Source: Octopus sinensis
Lineage: Eukaryota
NCBI RefSeq assembly: GCF_006345805.1
Contig: NC_042998.1
Span: forward strand, 103,726,001 to 103,790,000
Length of the DNA stretch: 64,000 bases
Direction: 5' to 3'
The position numbers and the translations under genes are program-made. This document shows positions 26,838 to 39,870 of the stretch, one piece after another (within the stretch, counting starts at the first letter, position 1; every line of letters starts with the position of its first letter). The notes beneath the pieces were generated by a model. That model searched no databases, was not told the origin of the DNA, and saw only the letters and a program-made list of their open reading frames with translations.

Positions 26838-27260
26838 GTATGTATTATGTATGTATTATGTATGTATTATGTATGTATGTATGTATGTATACATATACCT
26901 CAAAAACGTCAAAACTCTCTTTATATATCTATATATATAACACACACGCACGCACAGACATGCACACACTCTCTCTCTCACACACACAAACATATGTTTA
27001 TTTATTAATTAAATATAAACGTTTCATCCACATGTAAAATTTGTATTATTTGATTTCTCCAAGAATTTTTAATAGGAATTCCTTGCATGTCTATCTAACA
27101 TGTACGACTCTTTAATTCCTATTAGCAAATGGAACACACATAATGGACCATAAATAATACAAATAAATCTTTCAATTTTCTGCTTTTCAATATATATAAT
27201 GGTAAGCAATCACCGTATATTGACAAGAGGAAATAGCCAAATGTTAGTATATAATATACA

Positions 27261-27406
27261 CGACGGTCAAAAAAATCATGGGCATTAGTATGCGTTGGAA
27301 TCGAACCCAACCCTCTTATTTTGGAGATAAGTGTGCTGCGATAAGTGTAAGAAAATAAGAGCTGTGGTTTCGACTCACACGCGTTCTAATGCCAATTTTA
27401 CTGTCG
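27261..27406. mobile_element. Small foldback element/MITE with B-box-like sequence in its arms
   Basis: GGCATTAGTATGCGTTGGAATCGAACCC...CTCTTATTT pairs with AAATAAGAG...GGTTTCGACTCACACGCGTTCTAATGCC. Confidence 0.6.
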
Positions 27407-27454
27407 AGATTTTACGTGCCCAAATACTCCAATATTTTCTATAGTCAACATACA

Positions 27455-27717
27455 TTGCTGGTCACAATGCGCTTCGCATTGTATTAGCCTTTAAATGACG
27501 CCTCCCCGCTGGCTAAGCGAGCAGGCCAACAGAAGAAAGAGCGAGAGAAAGTTGTGGCTAAAGAGTACAGCAGGGATCGCCACCATCCCCTGCCGGAGCC
27601 TCGTCGAGCTTTAGGTGTTTTCGCTCAATAAACACTCACAACGCCGGTCTGGGAATCGAAACTGCGATCCTACGACCGCGAGTCCGCTGCCCTAACCACT
27701 GGGCTATTGCACCTCCA
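27455..27717 (-). mobile_element. SINE family C (tRNA head)
   Basis: Minus-strand head GGAGGTGCAATAGCCCAGTGGTTAGGGCAGCGGACTCGCGGTCG...GTTTCGATTCCC; homologue at 51820-52081. Confidence 0.85.
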
Positions 27718-27733
27718 AACACACATATATAAT

Positions 27734-27829
<96 letters not shown>

Positions 27830-28000
27830 CATTATATATATATATACATATATACATATATATATATATAATATATATATAATATTATATTATATATATA
27901 TATATAGATATATATATATACATACATATATATATATATATTATATATATATATATACATATATCATAATATACATATATATCATATATATATATATATA

Positions 28001-28063
<63 letters not shown>

Positions 28064-28065
<2 letters not shown>

Positions 28066-28121
28066 GTGCGGTGTCTGTTGTGTAATAGTCTTGATGGCCC
28101 GGCATTCTGTAAAGAATATAT

Positions 28122-28194
<73 letters not shown>

Positions 28195-28248
28195 CGTGTG
28201 TCTGTTGTGTACTAGTCTTGCTGCCCGGCATTTTCTGGTAAAGAATAT

Positions 28249-28311
<63 letters not shown>

Positions 28312-28350
28312 ATAGTTACTATCTTGCTGCCCGGCATTTTCTGGTGAATA
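28064..28350. repeat. Three related ~35-55-bp units (...GTCTTG(A/C)TG(G)CCCGGCATT...) separated by (AT)n
   Basis: Direct inspection. Confidence 0.8.
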
Positions 28351-28402
<52 letters not shown>

Positions 28403-28434
28403 CACATTAAAGTTAATAGAGAAGCCCTGAGTGT

Positions 28435-28600
28435 ATCAAAAAGCAATTTATTCTTGTCTGCTCTAGGCACAAGGTCCAAAATTTTGGAGGGAGGGGACCA
28501 CTCAATTAAATCGATCTCAGTACGCAACTGGTACTTAATTTATCGATCGCGAAAGGATGAAAGATAAATTTGACCTCGGCGGAATTTGAACTCATGACGT
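28435..28600 (-). mobile_element. SINE family B
   Basis: Core GAAAGGATGAAAG...GACCTCGGCGGAATTTGAACTC. Confidence 0.85.
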
Positions 28601-30228
28601 GGAGACAATTTCCAATTTAACGACAAATGAGATCAATTCTTTAACAGGAATTATATTAAAGTAAACTATTCCGCTTGTAAAACATCGCTAGTTCTTTCAG
28701 AAGTTGAATTGTTAACCGGCTTTTCGACTTAGTTAATTCCGCACTCAACTGTAATTAAGTCAAATGAAAAAAATACATCCCTTGATGATAATACGCTGGT
28801 AAAATCATTAAAATGCCGTACTTTAAAATATGTAAGCAGCGGACCGGTACTAGAGTTTTTGAGAGAATTTACTTAGCTGAATTTTATAAAAGTGTATATT
28901 TATCAACATAGATACTCTTTTCCTACGTCAGAAAGGAAGTACGTAAATTTGTCGAAATATATTTTGTTTGTGAGATAGAAAATCCTGCGTATACATTCAG
29001 TATAACTTGTTAATTTCGTCAGAGGCAGCCCTTCCGGTTGCCTAGGAATTTCCATCTGGAAGATTTGCCATCAGCTGTGTTATGGAAACGTCGTTCATTC
29101 TGTATCGGGTTTCCTGCAGGAAGAACTTAAAATCACACCTTTTGTTGTTATGCACGCACGTCCTTAAATGCTCTCTGACCTATTATAAGGCTGCCTGAGT
29201 CTATAATGCCATAAATATGGGTTTTTCGGGTTTTTTTTTTTTTTTGTTTTTTGTTTTTTTGCTTTAAGCAAACTCCTTCTTTTACTCACATATTTACATA
29301 TACTTCTTTCCTTTACAATCTTTTCGCACTGTTTCTCGGTTTTGTTTACAATCTAATCGCTCAACAATCTGATCGAACGCATACTTCATTCAATAATTTT
29401 TATAGCCCCCTTACAAGTATTTTCCACACGCTTTCTCATTGCATGATACTCTATAAAAGCCTGTTTACAATTTATAGTTAACGCCTTTGCACGATTTACA
29501 TTCTTAATATGGCTTTAATATGCTTTATTTAATATGCATGATTCATTCTATAAATTTTATGGATCACGCAGCCTTTCGCCTTATATGCACATATTTCTGC
29601 ACGCATTTATTACTTTAACATTTTTCCCTGCCACCCAGCCATCGTATTCAACCCCAGCAACAGTCTGTCTGAATCTTTATTTTCGTGGATTTCTGTTCGG
29701 ATTTGGCTCATCAGCGAAGGAAGTCTCAAGATTTTCAGCGCCTAATCAAAATCTATGAATTTTTAATGCGTTTTGCTTGAATCTAAGATACACGCGCACG
29801 CGCACACGCATACGCATGCTCGCACACACATGCACAAATACACACACACAGACACTCACTCACATACACGTACGAACTCACGCAAACGCCAGTGATAGCT
29901 TATAATGGGTTGTTTACTTGTGGTTCTTGTAAGATATATTGATCTTGACTCTGTTAAGTGAGAAATAAAGTGATACTACATGAGTATTGAGGAGTTAAGA
30001 CTTCAGACATTATAAATAATATAAAAATCACAAGCGAACACACAGGCACACACTTATGCATACGCGTACCAACATACACACAATTACAGAATGTATAATC
30101 TATCTATCTATCTATCTATCTATCTAATATGCATTTACAGTGTGCATATTATATATAGTTACATATTGCTTATTATGTATGTGTATGTGAGTGTGTGTAT
30201 ATATATGTATATGTATATATATATATAG

Positions 30229-30268
<40 letters not shown>

Positions 30269-30314
30269 TGAGAGCGAGAATGAGAGATGGAGATTGATAG
30301 ACAGACAGACAAGC

Positions 30315-30390
<76 letters not shown>

Positions 30391-30975
30391 TGATGCTTGT
30401 ATGTATGTATATCCGTTTCCTCGGATAATCAACAATAAAAGCACGTTTAATGAAATGTTTAAAATATAAAAAATAATATCGTGTACCAAGAGTCGGTGGT
30501 TTTGCCGACGATTCGCATAGACAATGCTATGTAACACGATACCTCCAAGACAATAAATATAAATTTGAATAAAAACACAAGAATTTCCAAATGGGAGGAT
30601 AGGGTAATTTGAAATTCTAGTCGATTTGTTAAAATTTCACATAGACTCTGTCATGTTAGCAAATAAGAAAGAAACAAAAAGGAAAGGGAAAAGAAAAACA
30701 GTTTTTTTTTAAAGAATATTTTAAATATCTTTCCGTAATACCCGAAATACTTGGAATTTTTCCTACATTTTCCAACACTTGCTCAAGCATTTGTTACATT
30801 CTTGAACTTTTAAATATTTGCTATTTTGTGGTCAACAAAATTTCGTTTTGAAATGAGGGACATAAATACAGAAACACACATACCCTCACTCAGACATACG
30901 CACACATTAAGCCAGTTAGAACGCTTAATTAAGTAATCAAATCATGCACACTAACAATATATATATATATATATA

Positions 30976-31015
<40 letters not shown>

Positions 31016-31271
31016 TATAAACACAGAGTAGTCGAAGCAGGGGCAGCTGAAGAAGGGGAATGTTCCTTGTGTTGCATGTCTTGTACTATGTTTTTTCGTT
31101 GAAAACGTCCATTTCCATGTGTTTATTTTTGTTTTCGTTTCTCGTTGTGTTCTACGTTTATTTATTTATTTATTTATTTGGTGTCCTGTATCCATATATG
31201 TATACATATAGATGTAGGTATGTACATATATATATATGTATGTATGCATATGTTTTATTAATTAATTTGCT

Positions 31272-31309
<38 letters not shown>

Positions 31310-31361
31310 TGTATGTATGTATGTATGTATGTATGTATGTATGTATGTATGTTTGTATGTA

Positions 31362-32160
31362 CGTTTCCATCAGATGTGCCTCAGACGGATCTATGGCATT
31401 AAGTGGAAGGACCGCATCAGTGATCTTGAAATACTCGAAGGCTCTCGGTGTGAAAGTATAGAAGATCTTGTGTTAAAGCAAAGGCTCAGATGGAGTGGTC
31501 ATCTGGTCAGAATGAAGGATTCAAGGATGCCAAAACAACTCTTTTATGGAGAACGACCTCCACATAAACCAAAAAAGAGGTATAAGGACTTGCTGAAGGC
31601 TTCCTTAAGAGATGCTTGCATCTCTCCTGACACACGGGAAGGCATAGCTATTGATCGTAGCAGGTGGAGAAGGATGGTGCATGAGGGGACAGCCGCGTTT
31701 GAGAAATCTCGAGTTGCACATGAGAAAGTAAGGGGGGATGTCAGGAAGGGCATCGCTGTTACACTTCCAGAAGGAAGGGTCTTCCGTTGATTCTGACATG
31801 CAATGTCTGTGCAAGACCCTGCCTCAGTAAAGCTGGACTCATGAGTCATCTTCGTAGTCATAAAACGAGACAGATGAGTGACAAACCTAGCCACTGGTGG
31901 TGGTGTAACACACCATACTAATATATCTGTCGGGCATGTGGAAGAGAGTTTAATTCGGCAGAGGACTTAAACGACATGCAAAGGTACATGAAGCCCAGTT
32001 ACAACTACAGCCGGCTATTACCAGTAAAGGTTTTAGTTGCCAATTTTGTACAAGACATTGTAGATCTTTAGCTGGGCTAAAAAGTCACATTCGATCACAG
32101 CACCAGTAACAGTTAAGCTTCGTGCAATGGCCATACTTGCTAACGAGGGGGCAGCCATAA
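31362..32160 (+). mobile_element. 5'-truncated RTE-type LINE 3' end encoding three C2H2 zinc fingers
   Basis: RFHQMCLRRIYGIKWKDRIS...LRWSGHLVRMKDSRMPKQLFYGE (RTE post-RT region), then with frameshifts CNVCARPCLSKAGLMSHLRSH, CRACGREFNSA-GLKRHAKVH and CQFCTRHCRSLAGLKSHIRSQH*; (TGTA)n on both sides. Confidence 0.85.
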
Positions 32161-32599
32161 ATGTATGTATGTATGTATGTATGTATGTATGTATGTATGT
32201 ATGTATGTATGAAAACGAACATTTTAGCTGGCAAAATCTTTCGCACACCGGACAAAATGCTTAGCAATATTTCATTCGTCTTTACGTTCTGAGTTCAAAC
32301 GCCCTTTCGGGGAACGAGTAATATTTTGAGGGAAGAAGATGATAAACAAAGACGTCTGAAAAGCGAAACATGCGACGATCTCCTAATTTGTTACCACGCG
32401 TATTAGATTCATCAGTGGGGAGTTAATTGATCATTCAATTAATTCAATTCAGAAACTTTCAAATTAATATGAAATATAAACTATGAAATATATGATTATG
32501 ATATATAAACTATGAAATATATAATTAGCCAAAAGAAGAATCTATTTTCCCTTACACATGTAAATTACAGTAAGCATCAGTGGGATTTGGACTCACAAG

Positions 32600-32920
32600 G
32601 AAATGTCCATAACTAAATGTTGTTTGTTCCTTCTCGAGCCATACCTTCCTCATAAGGGCGGTTTCCCGGGTTCATTGGCGTATAGGTTCCCCACCTGGAC
32701 GGGACGCCGGTCCGTCACAGGTGAGCTGCTAAATGCAGGAGGAAAGAGTGAGAGTAAGTTGTGGCGAAAGAGTCAGCAGAAATTCGCCGTTACCTTCTGC
32801 TGGAGCTGCGTGGAGTTTAATTGTTTCGCTCATAAACACACATATCGCCAGGTCTGAGATTCGAACCCGCGATCCCTCGACTGCAAGTCCGCTGCTCTAA
32901 CCACTAGGCCATGTACCTCT
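32600..32920 (-). mobile_element. SINE related to family C
   Basis: tRNA-like head TGGCCTAGTGGTTAGAGCAGCGGAC...GGGTTCGAATCTC on the minus strand. Confidence 0.8.
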
Positions 32921-33835
32921 ACCCATAACTAAATACTACTCGATATTTAGTTCAACGATGTGTTGATTCCACCAATCCGTCACTCTCACTTCGCATATTA
33001 CTATCTCTAAGTATAACAGCAAGACATTCCGACAAAGAAAAATATTTTGAAATACATAAATGAAAAGTGAGTTACAAATGGGAACATATAAAGCAGAAAT
33101 GTGACAAAAAAAATGGCAACAAGTTCCCTTGTAGTACTCGATCCATATATATTACTTTTGAGCAAAAGCTTTACTTTTACATTCTAATACTGGTTGTTCA
33201 ATGTTTATAGTTAGGTTGTAGAATTGTGTTTCAGTTATTTAATCACAACTATTTAGCTCCACTTATTCACTAACATCATCATCATGACCTATTTGTAAAT
33301 ACACGATATGTATTCTAATCATCCCGAACATTTTAAAATAGGAATAAGCCGAGTTCTATTGAGTTATGGGAAACCTGATTACTCGACGAGAGATAGATAA
33401 TTAATTTATATCCCAACAGTTATCATATTGGGATATAAAACAGGCTTCTCTATTATCTTATATACTTGCAAAGAAAGCCATAGCTTTACTGAAAGGATTA
33501 GAAATGTGAAGCAAGCATATAAAGGAGAATAAAGGGGAGAATTACAGCATCCCAAATACACCACACACGAGATGACAAAGAACTATTATATTTACCTTAA
33601 AGATTGTTATTCTGCAATTATCTACTACAAGACGTTGAGGAATGGATACAACAGAGTCTCAAATAATCAAAGCGGGATTAAGAATTATTACAGAAAATAT
33701 TTTTCTAAAACAAACTAAATTAAACTCATGAAAGAAACAAAACTTGGAATTCTTTGGGGGAAATGAAATTCATGAAATATGCTGCTTCGAAGTGTGTATC
33801 TAATGTGGTACCAAAAAAAAAAAAATCAAATTGTT

Positions 33836-34378
33836 CAGTACCATGCAAAAGTCTTCGGCCACTTTAAACTATTGTAAATTTCTACTAATTTCCAACTTAT
33901 AAATGGAAGTTTCGCATTGCGTATTTTACAGGTGAAGCATTGGCTCTGTTGGAATCATTTCCATACCTAATCATTATATTTTGTAGTAGGGGTTCTGAAT
34001 GAGAGGGTAAGATGCGACAAGAACAAAAAAAAATAGCCGGGCAAAAGTTTTTGGCCACCTCACATAAACCAATCAAGATACAGTGTTTTAAAACAGGAAA
34101 ATGTCTATAATAAACATTTTTTAGATAACGTTCATTTCAAGAAATTACTGCACATTGTTAATATTTCGTATATCTTCCCATTTTTTGGTGGTCGTTTCGC
34201 ATCTTCTCCTCTCACACAGAAACTCTACTACAAAATATAATGCTTAGATATGGAAATGGCTCGAAAAGGGCCAATGTTTCATGTGTAAAAATGGCAATGT
34301 GACACATCCACTTATATGTTGGCAAATAGTAGAAATTTAAAATAGTTTAAAGTGGCCGAAGACTTTTGCACGATGCTG
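33836..34378. mobile_element. Tc1-like non-autonomous element with ~200-bp inverted arms
   Basis: CAGTACCATGCAAAAGTCTTCGGCCACTTTAAACTATT... and its reverse complement at the right end, followed by TA. Confidence 0.8.
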
Positions 34379-34496
34379 TATATTACGACTTCTTTATGAC
34401 TATCAGTAAGCTGGGGTTAGACATAAAAAGTAAGTTTGTCTTTTGCACTGAGTAAACAAGATGAAAAGTAAGAGCCAATCATTCTGAAGAGTATTC

Positions 34497-34866
34497 TTTT
34501 ACTTCTTTCAGTCATTTGACTGCGGACAAGCGGGAGCACCGCCTTTAGTAGAATAAATTGTCCCCATGAATTATTCTTTGTAATTATTCTATAGGTCTCT
34601 TTTGGCAAACCGCTAAGTTACGGGTACGTAAACACACCAGCATCACTTGTCAAGCGATGGTGGGATGATCAAACAGAGACATATATATATATATATATAT
34701 ATATACGACGGGATTCTTTCAGTCTCCGCCTACCAAATCCCCTCACAAGGCTTTGATAGGCCGGAGGATATAGGAGAAGACACTTGCCTAATGTGCCACG
34801 CAGTGGAACTGACCCAGGAACCATGTGTCTGGGAAGGAGGCCTCTTACCACACAGTCACGCCTGTG
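34497..34866 (-). mobile_element. SINE family A
   Basis: Colinear homology to the other copies. Confidence 0.85.
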
Positions 34867-35445
34867 CCTATATGTACATATAGAAAAAGGAGAAAGAGCT
34901 GCATGCAAAACAGAAAAACTAACAGTGTCCTCAATCTGGTAAACTGACTGCGGTAATTTATTATCTGCGGGGTTATTTTCCGGCACTAGCGCGCCAAAGT
35001 GAAGGCATTTGAAAAATCCCACAAATATATTTTGTAGAACTGCACATGAGTTTTCTTTCGGGAAAACGTTTCTGTGTATAGTTCTGTAGAATAAGTTTTG
35101 AAACACGACGGACTACATTGAGGATTTACATATACTGCATCTTGCATTTTGTAAGTATTAATAATGAAATCATGATACGTAGGTAATCGTTTTATTTTGT
35201 AAATTTTCATTTGCCTTGCTTATTTTTTACATTTTGGCGTTTGCTAGGTATTTTCTTTTATTGAGAACACACTGTTTGTGGTAAGGCGATTTGACGCCTA
35301 TTTCTGGCGTACCACTTTAGTAGTCATTCCTCTTATTAATTGTAATATAATTTTTAAATCCTCGGATTTTTTTTAATATGCTAGACCACTGGTTTAAATT
35401 GATGTTAATTGATTGATATAAATTTCTACCCTCAGTATTTTAATT

Positions 35446-35477
<32 letters not shown>

Positions 35478-35679
35478 CATATATATACATATATATACAT
35501 ACATACATATATATACATACATACATATATATATACATATATATACATATATATACATATATATACATATATATACATATATATACATATATATACATAT
35601 ATATACATATATATACATACATACATATATATATACATACGTATATATATATATATGTGTGTGTGTGTGTATATATATA

Positions 35680-36050
35680 TTGAGAAAATAAGTCGTCACA
35701 TTTTCGGAGAAAAATCTTTTTATTTCTTCATTATTATTAGCACTTTTGTTCGTTTCTCGAACTTTTTAAATAAAATGTTGTGAATGTACACACATCTTGT
35801 TTATTTATATAAAACAAAATGTTTATTGGGGCTTTTGTTTAAAAGAAGAAAACATTGGTTTTGTTTTCTTGGGTGAGGTTCCATAACAATGGACAATGGA
35901 GATAGGTAGATAACTATCTGTCGCCATTGTCATGGAACCTCACCCAATACAAACGCAAACAATGTTCCTTTCTTCTAAACAAAACTCCTAAAGCCATCTG
36001 TTTTATATAAAAAAAACAATTCCCGCAAATTCTGAAGACATTTTTCTCAA
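35680..36050. mobile_element. Foldback MITE
   Basis: Terminal TTGAGAAAA.../...TTTTCTCAA and an internal imperfect palindrome (~110-bp arms) centred near 35910. Confidence 0.7.
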
Positions 36051-36133
36051 TATTCAATATCTGTGCACCACACCTAACACTCTATACATACATACATGCA
36101 TACATACATACATACATAATACATTACATAACA

Positions 36134-36169
<36 letters not shown>

Positions 36170-36889
36170 TGTATGTGGTATATATATATGTATATATATA
36201 TATATATAATATATATATATAAATATATATGTATATGTTTAGCTATATATATCTATATGTATATATATATTAATATATATAAACAATTGTAGCGTGGAAG
36301 GTGTTTATAAGTCATTTAAGAAAAACACAAAAAACCATTAGATTCAATTCAACATTTAAATTTAATTTGTCAAAATATTTTCGTCGCTTTATTATATATA
36401 TATTATATATATATATATACTTTACTTTGATACTTTGATAGGTTTCGGCCATTATTGGCCCAGGCCATGTCTAACTTAATAGCACCACCTGGTGAAGTCT
36501 TTCAAGTCAGAATTTGGGCACTATGGCCCACTCAAGTAGAGAGTTATTGTTTACAGAGACATATCCGGGTGTATGTAGGGGGTTTATCCGGGATTTCTTG
36601 AAGGATCTGTCCAAAGACTTCTTGAACCCTATAGGGTCAGTTTCTGTTTTAATGTGTTTTGGTTAATGTTAAAGAGAGCGGGGCCAATTGAGGTGAAATA
36701 ATTGTGCCGTATTGTTGTTATGAGATGAGAGTGCGATTTTGTTTTGGGCGGATGGCACGGGGCCCAAGCCTTGGATGTACCTTAAATGTGATGCCAACAT
36801 CATTTGGGCAATGCTGATGGAATATTTTCCACATCATGCAGATGATGTAGCGCTCACGACGACGTTGGAGAGAATAGAGTTTTAGCTTT

Positions 36890-38005
36890 TTAGTCGACCC
36901 AATAGTCGAGGCCTGTCATGCCATCTATCTTTTTTGTGATTGCCCTTTGAGGTGCTTCAACTTTTATGATACCTTGTATTGTGTGGGGAGACCACAGTGG
37001 ACAACAGTATTCAAGGTGGGGTCGGGCAAAAGTGGAGAAGAGAAGGATAATGGTGTGGATATCTCTCGACTGGATAGTTCTGAGAATCCAGGAACACATT
37101 CTGCGGGCCATGTCAACTTTGGTGTTTATATGAGTGGCCCAGCTTATGTTGTTGTCCACAATTACTCCCAAGTCTCTGATGTTGTTGGACGCCGCGAGAG
37201 TTTCACCTGAAGGAAGGGAGTATGGGAGTTTCAGGGCATCCTCTTTTCCAAAGTGGATTAGCTGAAATTTATCCTCGTTCAGCAGCATATTATTTTTTTC
37301 TGCCCATTGGATAACAGCCAGTAGATCTGACTGAAGGCATGTCCGGTCACTCGCCTCATTTATGACCTTCTGTAGCTTGGAGTCATCTGCAAAGATCTTT
37401 ATGTTGCTGTGCTTGATGATGTCATTAATGTCATTAATGTAAATGATGAAAAGAAGTGGGCCCAGCACAGTGCCTTGCGGAACGCCACTACTGACTTTGG
37501 CTGGGCTTGATTTTACCCCTTCAACTACAACATGTTGAGATCTGTCTGTCAGGAAACACTTGATCCATTTCAGTAACTTTCCAGAGACACCAATGTTGGA
37601 TAGTTTTTTCAATAGGATCTTGTGATCGACCCTGTCGAAGGCCTTACTGAAATCAAGGTAGATGACATCGGTGTTGGAGCCCTCTCCCAAAGCTCTCAAA
37701 ATGTCCTCAAAGTGATGCAGGAGCTGCGTTAGGCAGTCCCTTCCATTACGGAACCCATGTTGGTTGGAGATCAGCCGTCTGTTGATTTCCAGAAATTGGG
37801 TTATTCGAGATCTCACCACCCTCTCAAATACCTTGATGATATGAGAGGTGAGTGAGATCGGACGGTAATTCACTGCAAGGGACTTGTTTCCCTTTTTGAA
37901 AACTGGGACAACAGACTGGGACAGAAGGTTTTTTGGAATATAGCCAGCATCCAGTGAGTTTCTCCACAGATTAGCAAGGGGAGATGCAAGTTGGTGTCGA
38001 CACAC
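36890..38005 (-). pseudogene. CR1-type reverse transcriptase (ORF2 fragment, frameshifted at both ends)
   Basis: NYRPISLTSHIIKVFER, YLDFSKAFDRVDH, GVPQGTVLGPLLF, FADD motifs. Confidence 0.95.
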
Positions 38006-38096
38006 CTTCAGGACACAAGCAGGGACCTATCGGGGCCTACTGCTGAATTGTGTTTTATTTCGTTTATCGCCGCTAAGACATCAGGGGCACTAAACG

Positions 38097-39290
38097 TTAT
38101 GTCCGATATAGTGTGTTGGGGGTTGACATCACTGATACAGCCCAGATCGGCCATATCAGGATTGCTGAAAACAGAGCAGTATTTTTCTGCAGTATCTCGG
38201 CCATGGATTTGGCATTATCTTGGAGAGTGCCAGTTTCGTCAATTAGAGGGCCTACAGTGGAGACAGTGACCCTGCGTTTCCTCGCAAATGAAAAGAACAC
38301 TTTGGGGTTGAGTTTGATTTTTTCAATGGCCCACTTCTCCTCAGCTGATCTTTGGTTATTGATGAGGGTCTTCATGCATTGTTGGAGGTTATATTTTTTG
38401 GATTCAAGCAGTGCGATAGCCGTCGAATGTGTGTTTGCTGTTGGCAGTACTTTAGTTTTTGTAATTTTTTGTTTGTTCTTTTTTTTTTTCTGATAATGTT
38501 TTTCTGTTTTGGGGGATTCTGCACTTTTGTTCACAGGTCTTGGTGGGGAGTGTTTTGCACATATGTCTGTGACGGTGTCTACAAAGATCTGCCAAGATGT
38601 TTTATGGTTGGTGGAGATGTGTGTATGTGTAAAGGACCAGTCAACATTTGATAGCTCGTTCCTGATTGCATCCCAGTTGGCTTTATGGAGATCCATGTTG
38701 TCAAATGGGTGGGCTGGAGGAAGGTCACTAGGATTAGCTTTCGGCTGGTGGAATTTCATATTACAGAGAGCCATGTCATCGTCTGAAAGAAGGGTTTTTT
38801 CCACTGTAACGTTATGTATAGTGTTAGTGTGGTTACTAAACACTAGGTCCAAAATGTTCTGATGTCTTGTTGGTGCAAGGACAAGTTGGGACAAGAAAAA
38901 CTCATTCGTAAAGTCGAAAAGTGACTCTGCTGCTTCTTTGTCAGCGGTTGAGGCGGGAGTGCTTGGTTTCAAACAGTTTGTAGTCCAGTCAACACAGGGT
39001 AGATTGAAGTCTCCCATCATGAGTATGTTGCTAGAATGGCACTGTTGAATAAAGCACTTAATGCTGTTGAGGCATTCTTTAAAGCACAGTATGGGTGTTT
39101 GGGGCGGCCTATAGAGCCCAATTACTGTCAGGTCATTGGCTTTGTTGTGCACGGTGACTGATTCACAGTAGCCGTTGGAGAATATACTATTTCCATCTGC
39201 CGTAAATGAATCATGCAGGAAAATGGCAGTTCCACCCTTCCTCCTGCCGATACGATCCGCGCGGATGGTTGTGAAATTCTTCACTCTCAC
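38097..39290 (-). pseudogene. CR1-type apurinic endonuclease and linker (ORF2 fragment)
   Basis: RADRIGRRKGGTA, GLYRPP, MGDFN, LDLVF and SDDD (from SDH) motifs. Confidence 0.92.
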
Positions 39291-39292
39291 TT

Positions 39293-39799
39293 CAGTATCG
39301 CCCGGCGTTGCTCGGGTTTGTAAGGGAAATAACTATATAAGCATTTTTAGAGAGTTACTTCACTTATAGATGCCAATTCGGGCTTTCTTAGCCATTTTAT
39401 TTTTTGGTGTCTTCAAGCCATGAAGTCGTTGTTCTAAAAGAACGCTGGTCTCCTTGACAACGCTTTACGACGTTGATTTCCTTACACTCCCTTCCCCACA
39501 GCTTCACGAGGGAGGGAAGAAGGGGGAGAAGCAAACAGGTGCAGGTGTGACCATGGACGCCAACTCCGCCGCCATCGATACACGAAAAATTATGTATTAA
39601 ATGGAATAAAAAATGATGTTAAATTATTTTTAAAATCGTAGACTCATCGTAGACGCGCGCTAATACTCAGACGGGCTTGATATGAATCACGACTATAAGA
39701 TACCCGAATTGGGTTAAACTGCACCGCAAAATGTGGGAGTAGTTAGGAATCTAAATCGAAGGGGACAGACACTCACACACCTACAGTTTTATTATATAT

Positions 39800-39800
<1 letters not shown>
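39293..39800 (-). mobile_element. Non-autonomous Helitron, copy 4, lacking the terminal CTAG
   Basis: Reverse complement of the same 5' and 3' modules as copies 1 and 2, with a different ~215-bp GC-rich filler; the 3' end merges into the CR1. Confidence 0.85.

Positions 39801-39870
<70 letters not shown>

Larger units (their letters stand above)
36420..39299 (-). mobile_element. CR1-type LINE, 5'-truncated, with (ATCAAAGT)n-like 3' tail
   Basis: APE and RT ORFs in tandem, frameshifted C-terminal continuation (LYSLQRRRERY...), 3' UTR and short tandem-repeat tail. Confidence 0.95.

Noticed and set aside
28960-29745. Exon-like open segments on the minus strand (e.g. ALKILRLPSLMSQIRTEIHENK...)
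   Set aside because: Weak donors, several equally plausible frames and no recognisable domain.
32380-32425. CTGATGA on the minus strand followed by a stem
   Set aside because: No GAAA after helix II and no helix I, so it is not called a hammerhead.
33290-33420. YSNHPEHFKIGI, resembling a Penelope RT thumb motif (similar hints at 43600-43850, minus strand)
   Set aside because: Short motifs only, amid many stops; this needs a profile search.
36947-39369. Plus-strand ORFs overlapping the CR1 element
   Set aside because: Antisense shadows of the LINE ORF2.
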